Shown here: piece by piece, positions 49,543 to 57,463 of the stretch
Numbering within the stretch: the stretch's first letter is position 1
Layout: every line of letters starts with the position of its first letter
Source: Giardia intestinalis
Lineage: Eukaryota
Assembly (NCBI GenBank): GCA_000002435.2
Contig: CM018790.1
DNA: 64,000 bases
Strand: one strand, 5' to 3'
The notes under the pieces: model-generated
What the model was told of the DNA's origin: nothing
The model's input: the letters and a program-made list of their open reading frames with translations, nothing else
Databases searched by the model: none
Translations under genes and position numbers: made by a program

Positions 49543-51763
49543 ACACACGGAAAATAGAGATAGGAAATCTATCGCCTGGTGTGGGCGACGGGCGCGCTCG
49601 CGTGGTGTAGTTGGTTATCACATTCGTTTCACGTACGAAGGGTCTAGGGTTCGAATCCCTACGCGAGCATCTTCCGTTCACTCTCTCCACGAGCCGGAAC
49701 CCGACGAGGGATCGGGGCACGAACCTGTCCCGGTGCCACGGGGCCGGCGGGAGCTGGATGTTGTAGCGCGGGACGAACGCCGGCCCAGGGGGTTCCTGGT
49801 CCGGCACGGGGGTGTCGGCCTCGTTGGGGGCGCTGAGAAGGCTAATGCTGCTGTAGCTCTCCGCGCGGGCCAACGTCGTGTCGTGCTCGTCCCTATCATC
49901 GAAGAGCGTGGACCAGGGAATCTCGTCCGAGTTAGACGGGCTCGATCCTGCGGGAGCCGCAGACTTGGTCGCAGAAGACGCATCAGGCTTCACTTTCTTC
50001 AGAGAGGGCTCGCAATCTGTGCAGGCCTGCTCGCCTGCGGCAGTGTTAATAGGGTTGTAAGGCTTGTTGAATCGGAGGCTCGGCGGCAAAATGCAGCGCC
50101 TCTTTACCTGCAAAACCCTGGTTAACAGCCTGCTTAAGCAGCAATGCGTCGGTGTGGTGCTTTTGATGTAAGGGTTCAGAAGGGTGCGATATGCTGTGAT
50201 GCTAACGACACTTGTGTAAGAGGTGCCCAAGAGCCCTAACCAGGAAAGGTATGTTCGGGCATCGATACAGGCCGTTTCCTTGATCGGGTAGCCAGACGGT
50301 GCCGCACCCAGCAGCAAATTATCACTAGCCCTGCACGACGCCGTCAGTGTGGCGCTGACCTCTTGAACCGCGGGGTCACTTGCGTCGCAGATGACCTTCA
50401 CGCAGCCAGAAAGCTTTCCAGAGATGTAGGAGAGAGTCGCTAAGAAATCACCGGAAGAGCCCCCTATCAATATGGCATGCTGCAAAATAAAGCTGCACTT
50501 GTAGTTACGGGTGAAGTACATGGGATCGCGCTTGACGAAAAAGAGGTGGTAGAATTTGACATCGCTTCCGTCAGCGGCGTTGAGGCCAGACACCATATTT
50601 ATATTTCTTCTGTATGCATGAGAGAGCTCTGGCGTTCGCCGTATCTGGTCTGTCATGTAAGTGCAGTAGTCGTTTCGACAACCCTCAAAGAGGCTTGAAA
50701 AGGCCTCGGCAAACTCTCCGGTAAGATTGTGCAGGAAGCAGATGGCGTCGATGAGGCTCCAGCAGTAGTAGATTACGTCCCAGATTGGCGTTTTACAGCT
50801 GAAGAGGGAGCATTCATAAAAAGGTTTGTCTATGCCGGTGAAGGCAGGAAAATCGAAGGCATGAGCGGCAGCGGGCGGAGCAGACGCGCTCGTCCTCTCC
50901 TCGCCGGGCCGTTGCTGTATCGTGGGAAGCTTCGGCTCACTCCGTGTAAGGACCTCTGACCTGAGGCCATCTGATGGAGTGCCCGTCGGCTGTAAACGCG
51001 CTACTGCAAGCAGAGTGCTTCTGTTTTGCCTTCCAGAAAGCCTCTCTGAGGGGTCGGATTGCGCCACTACCCTGCTTTCCATAGTGAAGTTGTCCTTCAA
51101 GAATACGGAGCTTGCCGCAACAGGGGCTGTGGTAAGGCGAGGCAGCATCTCTGTAGATGCGGCATCAGTGGCATGCTTTGCTGGCCCGCATTTTGGCCTC
51201 TTCACCTTAGACCCGCTGGGGTCTTGTACAGGTCTGCTCTGGGAGACGACCGACTGCGTCTCTGTCTTGATGCTTCGAGTCTGTGCTTTTTGCGCCGATG
51301 CATGAGCCAGTCGCTCAGCAGAGTCCTTCGTTGAGGAGGATGTCTGCTCTCGAACCATTGGGGGAGAACTTGAGTGATTGGAAAGAGGCCTCGGAAGGCT
51401 TTGGGAGGAACATGCCCCTCCCTTGTGTCCACAGTATGTCTTTTCCGCGCCTTTTATGGTCTGGTCGACCACAAATAGGTCCTTTTGGGAAAGAAAATAC
51501 TCTGTCGCAGCAATGAGGAGGGGCAAAGCCTTGCTAAGCTTCCTGCCGTAGAGGGGGATGACGACCCGTCTGAATAGCAAATGCATAACATCCCCCAGGT
51601 CTGCGTCCGGATCTATACGGGGAATTTGAGGCCTGGGCGCAGGCTTCGCGCCAGGAGGCTCAGAAACAGCCTCCTTGGGTTCTTCAAAGGTTGTCTTGGT
51701 GATATGCTTGGCCTCAAGGTGTCTGATGAGGTTGAAGAAAGAGTTGATGGCATATATTAGCAT
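49202..51763 (-). CDS. hypothetical protein; 5' two-thirds coding-like, 3' about 250 codons (49202-49960) doubtful
   Basis: ATG at 51763. The N-terminal and central parts (FDFPAFTGIDKPFYEC...GTSYTSVVSITAYRTLLNPY...) have normal composition. The C-terminal part is R/P/G-rich, runs antisense through the tRNA (the ...RDSNPRPF... segment is the reverse translation of the tRNA T-arm) and through the transposase-like ORF. Confidence 0.4.
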   Translation of the reverse strand: MLIYAINSFFNLIRHLEAKHITKTTFEEPKEAVSEPPGAKPAPRPQIPRIDPDADLGDVMHLLFRRVVIPLYGRKLSKALPLLIAATEYFLSQKDLFVVDQTIKGAEKTYCGHKGGACSSQSLPRPLSNHSSSPPMVREQTSSSTKDSAERLAHASAQKAQTRSIKTETQSVVSQSRPVQDPSGSKVKRPKCGPAKHATDAASTEMLPRLTTAPVAASSVFLKDNFTMESRVVAQSDPSERLSGRQNRSTLLAVARLQPTGTPSDGLRSEVLTRSEPKLPTIQQRPGEERTSASAPPAAAHAFDFPAFTGIDKPFYECSLFSCKTPIWDVIYYCWSLIDAICFLHNLTGEFAEAFSSLFEGCRNDYCTYMTDQIRRTPELSHAYRRNINMVSGLNAADGSDVKFYHLFFVKRDPMYFTRNYKCSFILQHAILIGGSSGDFLATLSYISGKLSGCVKVICDASDPAVQEVSATLTASCRASDNLLLGAAPSGYPIKETACIDARTYLSWLGLLGTSYTSVVSITAYRTLLNPYIKSTTPTHCCLSRLLTRVLQVKRRCILPPSLRFNKPYNPINTAAGEQACTDCEPSLKKVKPDASSATKSAAPAGSSPSNSDEIPWSTLFDDRDEHDTTLARAESYSSISLLSAPNEADTPVPDQEPPGPAFVPRYNIQLPPAPWHRDRFVPRSLVGFRLVERVNGRCSRRDSNPRPFVRETNVITNYTTRARPSPTPGDRFPISIFRVFTHGSSAVGATPRTPTARPGPRTRARRCPRWPGARRARRGAQESGLGQAPKPGRRLSCGLAAGSSPLPGVASHAPPAGTSAIWTSRLSEALPTLRKSWRTVGTAALGAGRPST
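49596..49669 (+). tRNA. tRNA-Val (anticodon CAC)
   Basis: Manual cloverleaf: acceptor GCTCGCG/CGCGAGC (7 bp), D-arm GTGT-AGTTGGTTA-TCAC, anticodon stem TTCGT/ACGAA with loop TTCACGT (U33, anticodon CAC, G37), variable loop GGGTC, T-arm TAGGG-TTCGAAT-CCCTA, discriminator A. A-box TGGTGTAGTTGG and B-box GGTTCGAATCC are both present. Confidence 0.85.
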
Positions 51764-52553
51764 ATGAATTTTTTAGAAGGCGGATCAAAAATGTTCTCAC
51801 CACAACACATGCATGACGATAATCATTTTTATATTTTCATTTTTTAAGCAATGCAGATTGATACTGTAGATTACTGTATACCATTGAAGGTTGCTGTATG
51901 CTCTTCCATAATTGTTTAGACTGGATTATAGATGCGTTAAACGCACTAGGCAAGTAGTAGGCTCCCTTCGACTCTCAAGTAGGGGTCATTAGCAATCAGC
52001 GTCCACCCGTGATTCCTGCCCACTGGCCCCCCAAGTGTAACCACTGGCCCTGAAGCACGGATCTGCGGCCTGGCACGTTTCGGTTATCTGTGAGACGGGT
52101 TTTCGTCTGTCTATGAGCTGGGAATAATAAAGCTGTCAACGGCACGTGCTCTCAGATTAGAAGACACGCGATTGGGATTAGGAGGCATCGGCACCGGAGC
52201 CCCTGTGCAGAGAGCACAACTAAGGTGTCCACATCTCACATGACTGAGCAAACAAACTAGTAGGAACGGTGGATGGAACTAGAGCCTTTTCCTGATTGAC
52301 AGACACAAAAGGGGAGGCTGATCGATAAAGGCGTTTATGTCTGGATGTGATAGACCCATAGAGCTCAGGTTCTAGGCTGCATGCTTTGCTGTGATGTCCT
52401 TTTGCTGTGATTGCCTGCCTCGGGCCCGATCTGAGGCATCGATCCGCTAATTTGTACTAAATACACATTATTAATATTTTGTGAGAAATTACTCTTTGCT
52501 TCAAAATTAACAAAAAACACGACAAGAACCAGACATCCGTTAACAAAAAGCAA

Positions 52554-54803
52554 ATGGTTTTCGTGCTTCTCCTGGCTGCCTTCGGGGCGCTCCTTTCGGC
52601 TCCGTCGCACTCCCAGCAGCTGCACTGCCTCTACGAGTTCTACGACGCTCTCCAGGGGGATTCGTGGTGGGTCAGAAACAACTGGCCGGCTTCCACCCAG
52701 CGAACAGAGGATGAGGACTATTGCCAGTTCTACGGGATTACGTGCGATTCGTCCGGCAATGTTGAGGGGATCACGATGCCTGGGAACAATCTCTTCGGAG
52801 TCCTTCCCACGTGCATCATCAACTTCCCCTTGAAGGTGCTCTCCGTCCCGCACAATAGGTTGCGAGAGTCCATCCCATATATCAAGAACGGCATCGAGGT
52901 GCTGAACCTGGAGGATACCGAAATCATGGTTCTGGCGACTGACATGCAAGCCTGGACGACTGTCCGTGAGATGAACCTTCACAAGGGCCACTTCGGGCGG
53001 ATGCTCATTCCCAACGACTTCATCTTCTACAGCAATATGGAGAACCTCGACTTCTCTGACGCCGGGATAGGCTTCTACGCCTGGGGCCTCGACTTCACGA
53101 CCATCAGCACTCCAAAGCTCAGCCTCGCCGGCATGGATCTCTCAGAATACATCATGAGCAACGTCGCAAAAGACCAGATGAAGGCCTTGGATGTCTCCGG
53201 GACCTGGGTAAAGTACCGTATAAAGGACTTTAATAAGGACTTCCTGGACGTCTATAACATGGTTCACATGCCCTTCCAGTACACACTCATGTCCTCCATC
53301 ATTAACTTCTCAACGCTTATCGATATGTCAAGCAAGGACGTTCGCTCCATCAACATCCGCGGGACTAACACCACCGGTGTGTTTGACCCGGAGAAGTGGA
53401 TGAACTTTGTCGTGAACCAAACCAGGGATGACTTCTACATGCTCGACATGTCCTACAATGGTCTCAGTGGCTACGGGCCGACCCTGCAGCAGTACGAGAC
53501 GGTTCTCGCACTCAAGCCGAGTGCTCGCTATCTCTCGCTCGAGCTCAACTCGTTCTTCTGCGATTACAAGGAGAGCAGGATGTTCGGGTGCAGTCGCCTC
53601 CGTATTTACGACGCGTATTACCTTGCCAGCTATGAGCGCCTCATGGTCCTTGTTGACTATTCCCACTTCGCATATGCACCCCTCAGGGATCTCCAGTACC
53701 ACATGAGTGTTATCTTCCGCAATATCACGAAGTACAAGACAGAGACAGACCCGATAAAGCGTATCCAGAACATAGAGACATATAATTACATTCACGCCCG
53801 CAGCAGTGCCGGCCTTGGCTACTTCTGTGTTGACGTCACGATACCGTACGACGAGGCAGTGGCTCTTGGGCTCCTCGAGATGAACAAGACATTTGTTGGC
53901 ATTCTCTACGATGGCCATCTGATCAGCGGGCGCTCCTTCAATCTCGTTCATGAAGTAGGCCTCGACAAGGACAGTTCTGCGGTGGACGCCTCTGAGAAAC
54001 CCGGCCGCCGCTGCACAATCCCCTCTGGGTGCACTGTCGACGAAGACTATGACGAGACCAAGGACCCGGTTCCTGTCCCTGCTCTTTCGCATAAGCTGTC
54101 TACGCACGACGAGGACCATAGGAAGGATGTCGCCAAGAGGCTTATTTCTGGCGCCAAGAAGGCGGAGATGAATCTCACGTGGACATACCTTGCTCACGAG
54201 TCTGAGCAGAAGATCGCTGTTGACACCTTTGCGATGTCCAGGTGCGGAGACTTCTATGAGCGCCTTAACACAGTCATCCTGCCCCTTTTCGATAAGTATC
54301 CTGAGATCACTGAAATAGCGCAGTTCAAACACTTCAGTATGTCCGAGTACAATCCTAGGTACTCGAATGGCGGTCTTTCCAAGCACGGGTATGAGGAGGT
54401 TAAGGGTGACATTCAGCTCCTCTGCGCCCAGGAGTACGTCGATACACACACATTCTACGACATCCTCAAGTGCCTCTCGACGGAGGGCGGAAAGACCGCT
54501 CTTCCGCGCAACTTCGAGCACTGCCTGCATCAAGTTGCCTCTGGCAAGGAGCTTCTCAACAAGATAATATACTGCTCCAATGGTGAGTTCGGCAGGGCGC
54601 TTCTTGAGTATTCTTATAAACAGAAGCACAAGATGTCTGTTGCCAACTCTCCCGACATCTTTATTGGCAAGAAGATGGTGTGCCACGGGACCATGGCTTA
54701 CTGTGTGACCACCGACGCGGACTCTTTTGCCCAGCAGATTTGTCAGGCCTTTATCCGCGAGAAGAACTACACACCCGACATCTGTAATAGTATCTTGAGC
54801 TGA
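52554..54803 (+). CDS. secreted leucine-rich-repeat protein (signal peptide, LRRNT-like Cys motif and LRRs) with a Cys-containing C-terminal domain
   Basis: MVFVLLLAAFGALLSAPSHS signal. WxxNWPxxxxxxDYCQFYGITCDSSGNVEGITMPGNNLFGVLP is a plant-type LRRNT/LRR signature, followed by LxxLxLxxN repeats. ATG at 52554 after taacaaaaagcaa. Confidence 0.65.
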   Translation: MVFVLLLAAFGALLSAPSHSQQLHCLYEFYDALQGDSWWVRNNWPASTQRTEDEDYCQFYGITCDSSGNVEGITMPGNNLFGVLPTCIINFPLKVLSVPHNRLRESIPYIKNGIEVLNLEDTEIMVLATDMQAWTTVREMNLHKGHFGRMLIPNDFIFYSNMENLDFSDAGIGFYAWGLDFTTISTPKLSLAGMDLSEYIMSNVAKDQMKALDVSGTWVKYRIKDFNKDFLDVYNMVHMPFQYTLMSSIINFSTLIDMSSKDVRSINIRGTNTTGVFDPEKWMNFVVNQTRDDFYMLDMSYNGLSGYGPTLQQYETVLALKPSARYLSLELNSFFCDYKESRMFGCSRLRIYDAYYLASYERLMVLVDYSHFAYAPLRDLQYHMSVIFRNITKYKTETDPIKRIQNIETYNYIHARSSAGLGYFCVDVTIPYDEAVALGLLEMNKTFVGILYDGHLISGRSFNLVHEVGLDKDSSAVDASEKPGRRCTIPSGCTVDEDYDETKDPVPVPALSHKLSTHDEDHRKDVAKRLISGAKKAEMNLTWTYLAHESEQKIAVDTFAMSRCGDFYERLNTVILPLFDKYPEITEIAQFKHFSMSEYNPRYSNGGLSKHGYEEVKGDIQLLCAQEYVDTHTFYDILKCLSTEGGKTALPRNFEHCLHQVASGKELLNKIIYCSNGEFGRALLEYSYKQKHKMSVANSPDIFIGKKMVCHGTMAYCVTTDADSFAQQICQAFIREKNYTPDICNSILS

Positions 54804-54806
54804 TTT

Positions 54807-55841
54807 ATGAGTAAAAGATCCGTTTTAATTATCCTGTGCTATGAACAGATTGAGGAATTAAAACTGATGAACGCCGTCCCCAGGGAACTGCGATCTCCAG
54901 TCACAGAGGCGATGCTCCTCCACAAGATAATTAGCAAGAAGCGCTTTTCTTTCCTCTACTCCGATAGCTACGAGACTGAGATAGAATTTCGTTTGGGGGT
55001 CTTTGAGGACTTTTTGAAGCAACGGCTTCGACCCCACAATCAACGCCTTGTAAGCGAGGCCCTTGTTCACCGGATTGTCCGCATGCAGGACTATGATATC
55101 ATGGAGGTCGCTGCTCGCCGAGAACCGCGAAATCCAATTTCTGACCCCAAGCAACTCCCTGAAAATAAGATTTACCAACGATTCAACGGAAACATCGGCG
55201 AGGAGACGTACCTGCGACTCATGAAGGCTCTTGTAGCCGCTCATGTTGCAGGAGATTCATCTTCATTTCTTGGAGCGAAGATACTCGGCATCGAGACAAA
55301 ACAGTTCCGGCAGGACTTGTATGACTATAAGGTGGGCGACGTGGTCACAGGTAACTATCGCGTGCGGACAGACGTTCTGACCGGCAAGCTTCTAGAGGAA
55401 GGATGCAAAATACAATTCGATGTGAGCAATATCCACTTTCCGCATACGTATATGTTTGATGTCCGCTTTGCAATAGCCAAAGAGTTCAGCATTGCGGCCG
55501 AAAAGAAGAATGAAATAAAGGAGTCGTCAAAGCCCAACACCTCAATAAGGAAGCGCACCTCCTTTCGGACAGAGGACTTCGTCATCGATCTCACATACGT
55601 GGAGCGCTATAACACTGTTGGGGTTCTCGAGGAAAAGCTCTACCAAGCGGAGCTGGAGGTCCTTCCCAAGACCTTTGGATCTGAGAGCTCAAAGCCTCCG
55701 GGCAGGATATTCGACGAACTCTTGGCAAACGTGAAGGCACTGATAGCTTGTGCTTCTGGTCTAACGACTCTCTATCCTCTTCCGGACAATTGGAAAGAGA
55801 TTATCGATCAATCCAATGCCCACCTCTCAAGTTCTGTGTAG
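54807..55841 (+). CDS. triphosphate tunnel metalloenzyme (TTM) fold protein, candidate Cet1-like RNA 5'-triphosphatase
   Basis: N-terminal YETEIEFRLGVF (ExExE/K beta1 motif, compare Cet1 IEIEMKFG) and C-terminal LYQAELEVLP (compare Cet1 EVELEL). Size is 344 aa. It starts 3 nt after the previous stop, in the same frame. Confidence 0.45.
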   Translation: MSKRSVLIILCYEQIEELKLMNAVPRELRSPVTEAMLLHKIISKKRFSFLYSDSYETEIEFRLGVFEDFLKQRLRPHNQRLVSEALVHRIVRMQDYDIMEVAARREPRNPISDPKQLPENKIYQRFNGNIGEETYLRLMKALVAAHVAGDSSSFLGAKILGIETKQFRQDLYDYKVGDVVTGNYRVRTDVLTGKLLEEGCKIQFDVSNIHFPHTYMFDVRFAIAKEFSIAAEKKNEIKESSKPNTSIRKRTSFRTEDFVIDLTYVERYNTVGVLEEKLYQAELEVLPKTFGSESSKPPGRIFDELLANVKALIACASGLTTLYPLPDNWKEIIDQSNAHLSSSV

Positions 55842-55953
55842 CCGTCAGACGATGCCAAAAGCAAGGGCTGCAGGGCAGGCTGATAGAGTAAATAGCACGG
55901 GGACCGGTAGAGCATTTACAAAAGTCAATTCTTAGATAGAGACGGATGTCGGC

Positions 55954-56760
55954 CTACTTAAGGAGCTTCTCTAGAGTCGTCTTGATGCTGGTAAGCGTTG
56001 AGGCCTGATGGATGATGACCTTGTTGGCAATCATTGCAGGGACATTCCCACACGGATCCGTATGGACCATGAACGTCGCCTTAGTCTTGCCACTCCCGGG
56101 CGCTGTCTCCTCGAAGACAAAGAGCTGGGCATGCACAATGGCGCGGACCCACTTCTCAGCCTTTGTGGCTTCGGGGATGATCTCTGCTAGATTCGCTGGC
56201 TGCCACGAAGTGTTCGCGACGCAGAGACGACGTCTGCCATCGACCTTCTCGACTTCGCGGCAAACCCGCACGGTGATGAACTCGCGTGGAGCGACAATCG
56301 AGGACGGCGAGGCAACAACGTAATGGACCAGGGCAGTGAGGTCGTACTTCGGCTCGCCGCCTTCAACGCTGTCGTACGTCTTTGGGTCGATGTAGTCGTG
56401 GATCTTCTGGGAGTGAGCCTCATCCTCCTTCGAGGACCAGTGTGCCTTGCGAAACGGGTACTTCTCACGAGCCTCGGCCGGTGAACTCTCATCGACATCG
56501 ATGTTCCCGTAGAGGCACGCGATGCAGCTCTGGATGGGGTAGGGAATCTCGAGCTCGGCCTTGAGAGCCACCATCTTGCTGCCCTCGACCTTGGTAGTCG
56601 TCGTCGTAAGCCCCTCCTCGACCTTTGGGTCGCCCCAGGACGATGTGGTGAGGAGCTTCAGCGCATGCTCAAGGCCCTTGGAACCCACGCTCCTGATATC
56701 GGCCCAGCTGTCCTGCGGAATGGTGCCCTTGAAAAGCGGCATTTTATTTAAAGAAAGCAT
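55954..56760 (-). CDS. START (StAR-related lipid-transfer) domain protein
   Basis: AHWSSKEDEAHSQKIHDY...EFITVRVCREVE...VHAQLFVFEE...GKTKATFMVHTDPCGNVPAMIANKV. The C-terminal DPxGxxPxxxxNK helix is typical of START/Bet v1-like domains. ATG at 56760. An alternative start is the second Met at 56742 after the A/T initiator. Confidence 0.55.
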   Translation of the reverse strand: MLSLNKMPLFKGTIPQDSWADIRSVGSKGLEHALKLLTTSSWGDPKVEEGLTTTTTKVEGSKMVALKAELEIPYPIQSCIACLYGNIDVDESSPAEAREKYPFRKAHWSSKEDEAHSQKIHDYIDPKTYDSVEGGEPKYDLTALVHYVVASPSSIVAPREFITVRVCREVEKVDGRRRLCVANTSWQPANLAEIIPEATKAEKWVRAIVHAQLFVFEETAPGSGKTKATFMVHTDPCGNVPAMIANKVIIHQASTLTSIKTTLEKLLK

Positions 56761-57280
56761 GATTTACACTACACCGGGTCAAGTAGTCTCTAGACCCCGC
56801 GCTACTTCACTGCATGGACATGGGGCACCGCACGCGCATGCAGGTGGCAGGCAGAGGATGTTCCACTGCGGCCTATAATCTAGACAGGTGTGCTCGGATG
56901 ACCTAGTCCAAATCCCGCTCTCAGATAGCTCCTTATCTATGCACTAACTAAGACCTGTAGGCAGGCTATCGTATCTACAGTATACTGTACGCGGTTAAAT
57001 GCAGAGTTCTTAGGTTAACATTACCAGTCAAAGGGTTTCTTACTTTCGTTTCATTTAGAGCTCCACGCGTAATGCAAAGACGCCTGCTTCCACCAATAAA
57101 GCAGTTGCATGTTCTTCATGGAAACGCTCTAGCTACCATCTGCAGTTCGCTTGTACGTCAATTTACTCGGAACATCCGTGCTGCATCGGAACGGCGTTAC
57201 CCTCCATCAGGTATAACTCGACAGCAGACTCTGACGGATCAGTGTCCACGACACAGAGCTCAAAACCCTCAGATTTGCAA

Positions 57281-57420
57281 GTAATTTACACAGACCAAAC
57301 CTAACAATATTAATCCATAGACATAACATAATTACTAAGATATTGGCAAGATTGAATATTAAAAACTAAATCCTTCTTCAATAACCGTCAAGAAAAGCCT
57401 TTAAAGAAGTCAAATAAAAA
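57281..57420. other. 140-bp strongly A/T-rich tract (about 25% GC) 3' of the 944-aa gene, inside a roughly 700-bp ORF-poor interval
   Basis: Counted GC is 23% for 57301-57360 and 27% for 57361-57420, against about 49% background. The sequence is ctaacaatattaatccatagacataacataattactaagatattggcaagattgaatattaaaaactaaatcc... Confidence 0.6.
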
Positions 57421-57463
57421 CATGGTGCTGACACTATGGCACCTGTCAGCCAGTGCACAAAAG

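Noticed and set aside
49180-49960. GC-rich island as rDNA or telomere-associated sequence
   Set aside because: I saw no rRNA-like conserved motifs and no TAGGG telomeric repeats. The tRNA and transposase-HTH interpretations explain the sequence better.
49535-50125. 196-aa Arg-rich plus-strand ORF spanning the tRNA
   Set aside because: Starts upstream of and reads through the tRNA-Val gene. Extreme Arg/Gly/Val composition in a 70% GC region. No transposase DDE-like motifs. Judged a GC-driven spurious ORF.
52365-52991. 208-aa minus-strand ORF
   Set aside because: Overlaps the well-supported start, signal peptide and LRR region of the secreted LRR gene on the opposite strand. Its 3' portion falls in the non-coding interval. 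It is more likely a spurious antisense ORF.
53328-54686. 452-aa minus-strand ORF
   Set aside because: Lies entirely antisense inside the LRR-protein gene. Leu/Val/Arg-rich composition is typical of an antisense frame. The sense ORF has a signal peptide and LRR motifs.
57072-57284. 70-aa plus-strand ORF in the long spacer
   Set aside because: Short, basic, with no recognisable features. It sits in the middle of a non-coding interval and is not preceded by an A/T-rich initiator. Kept only as part of the candidate ncRNA interval.
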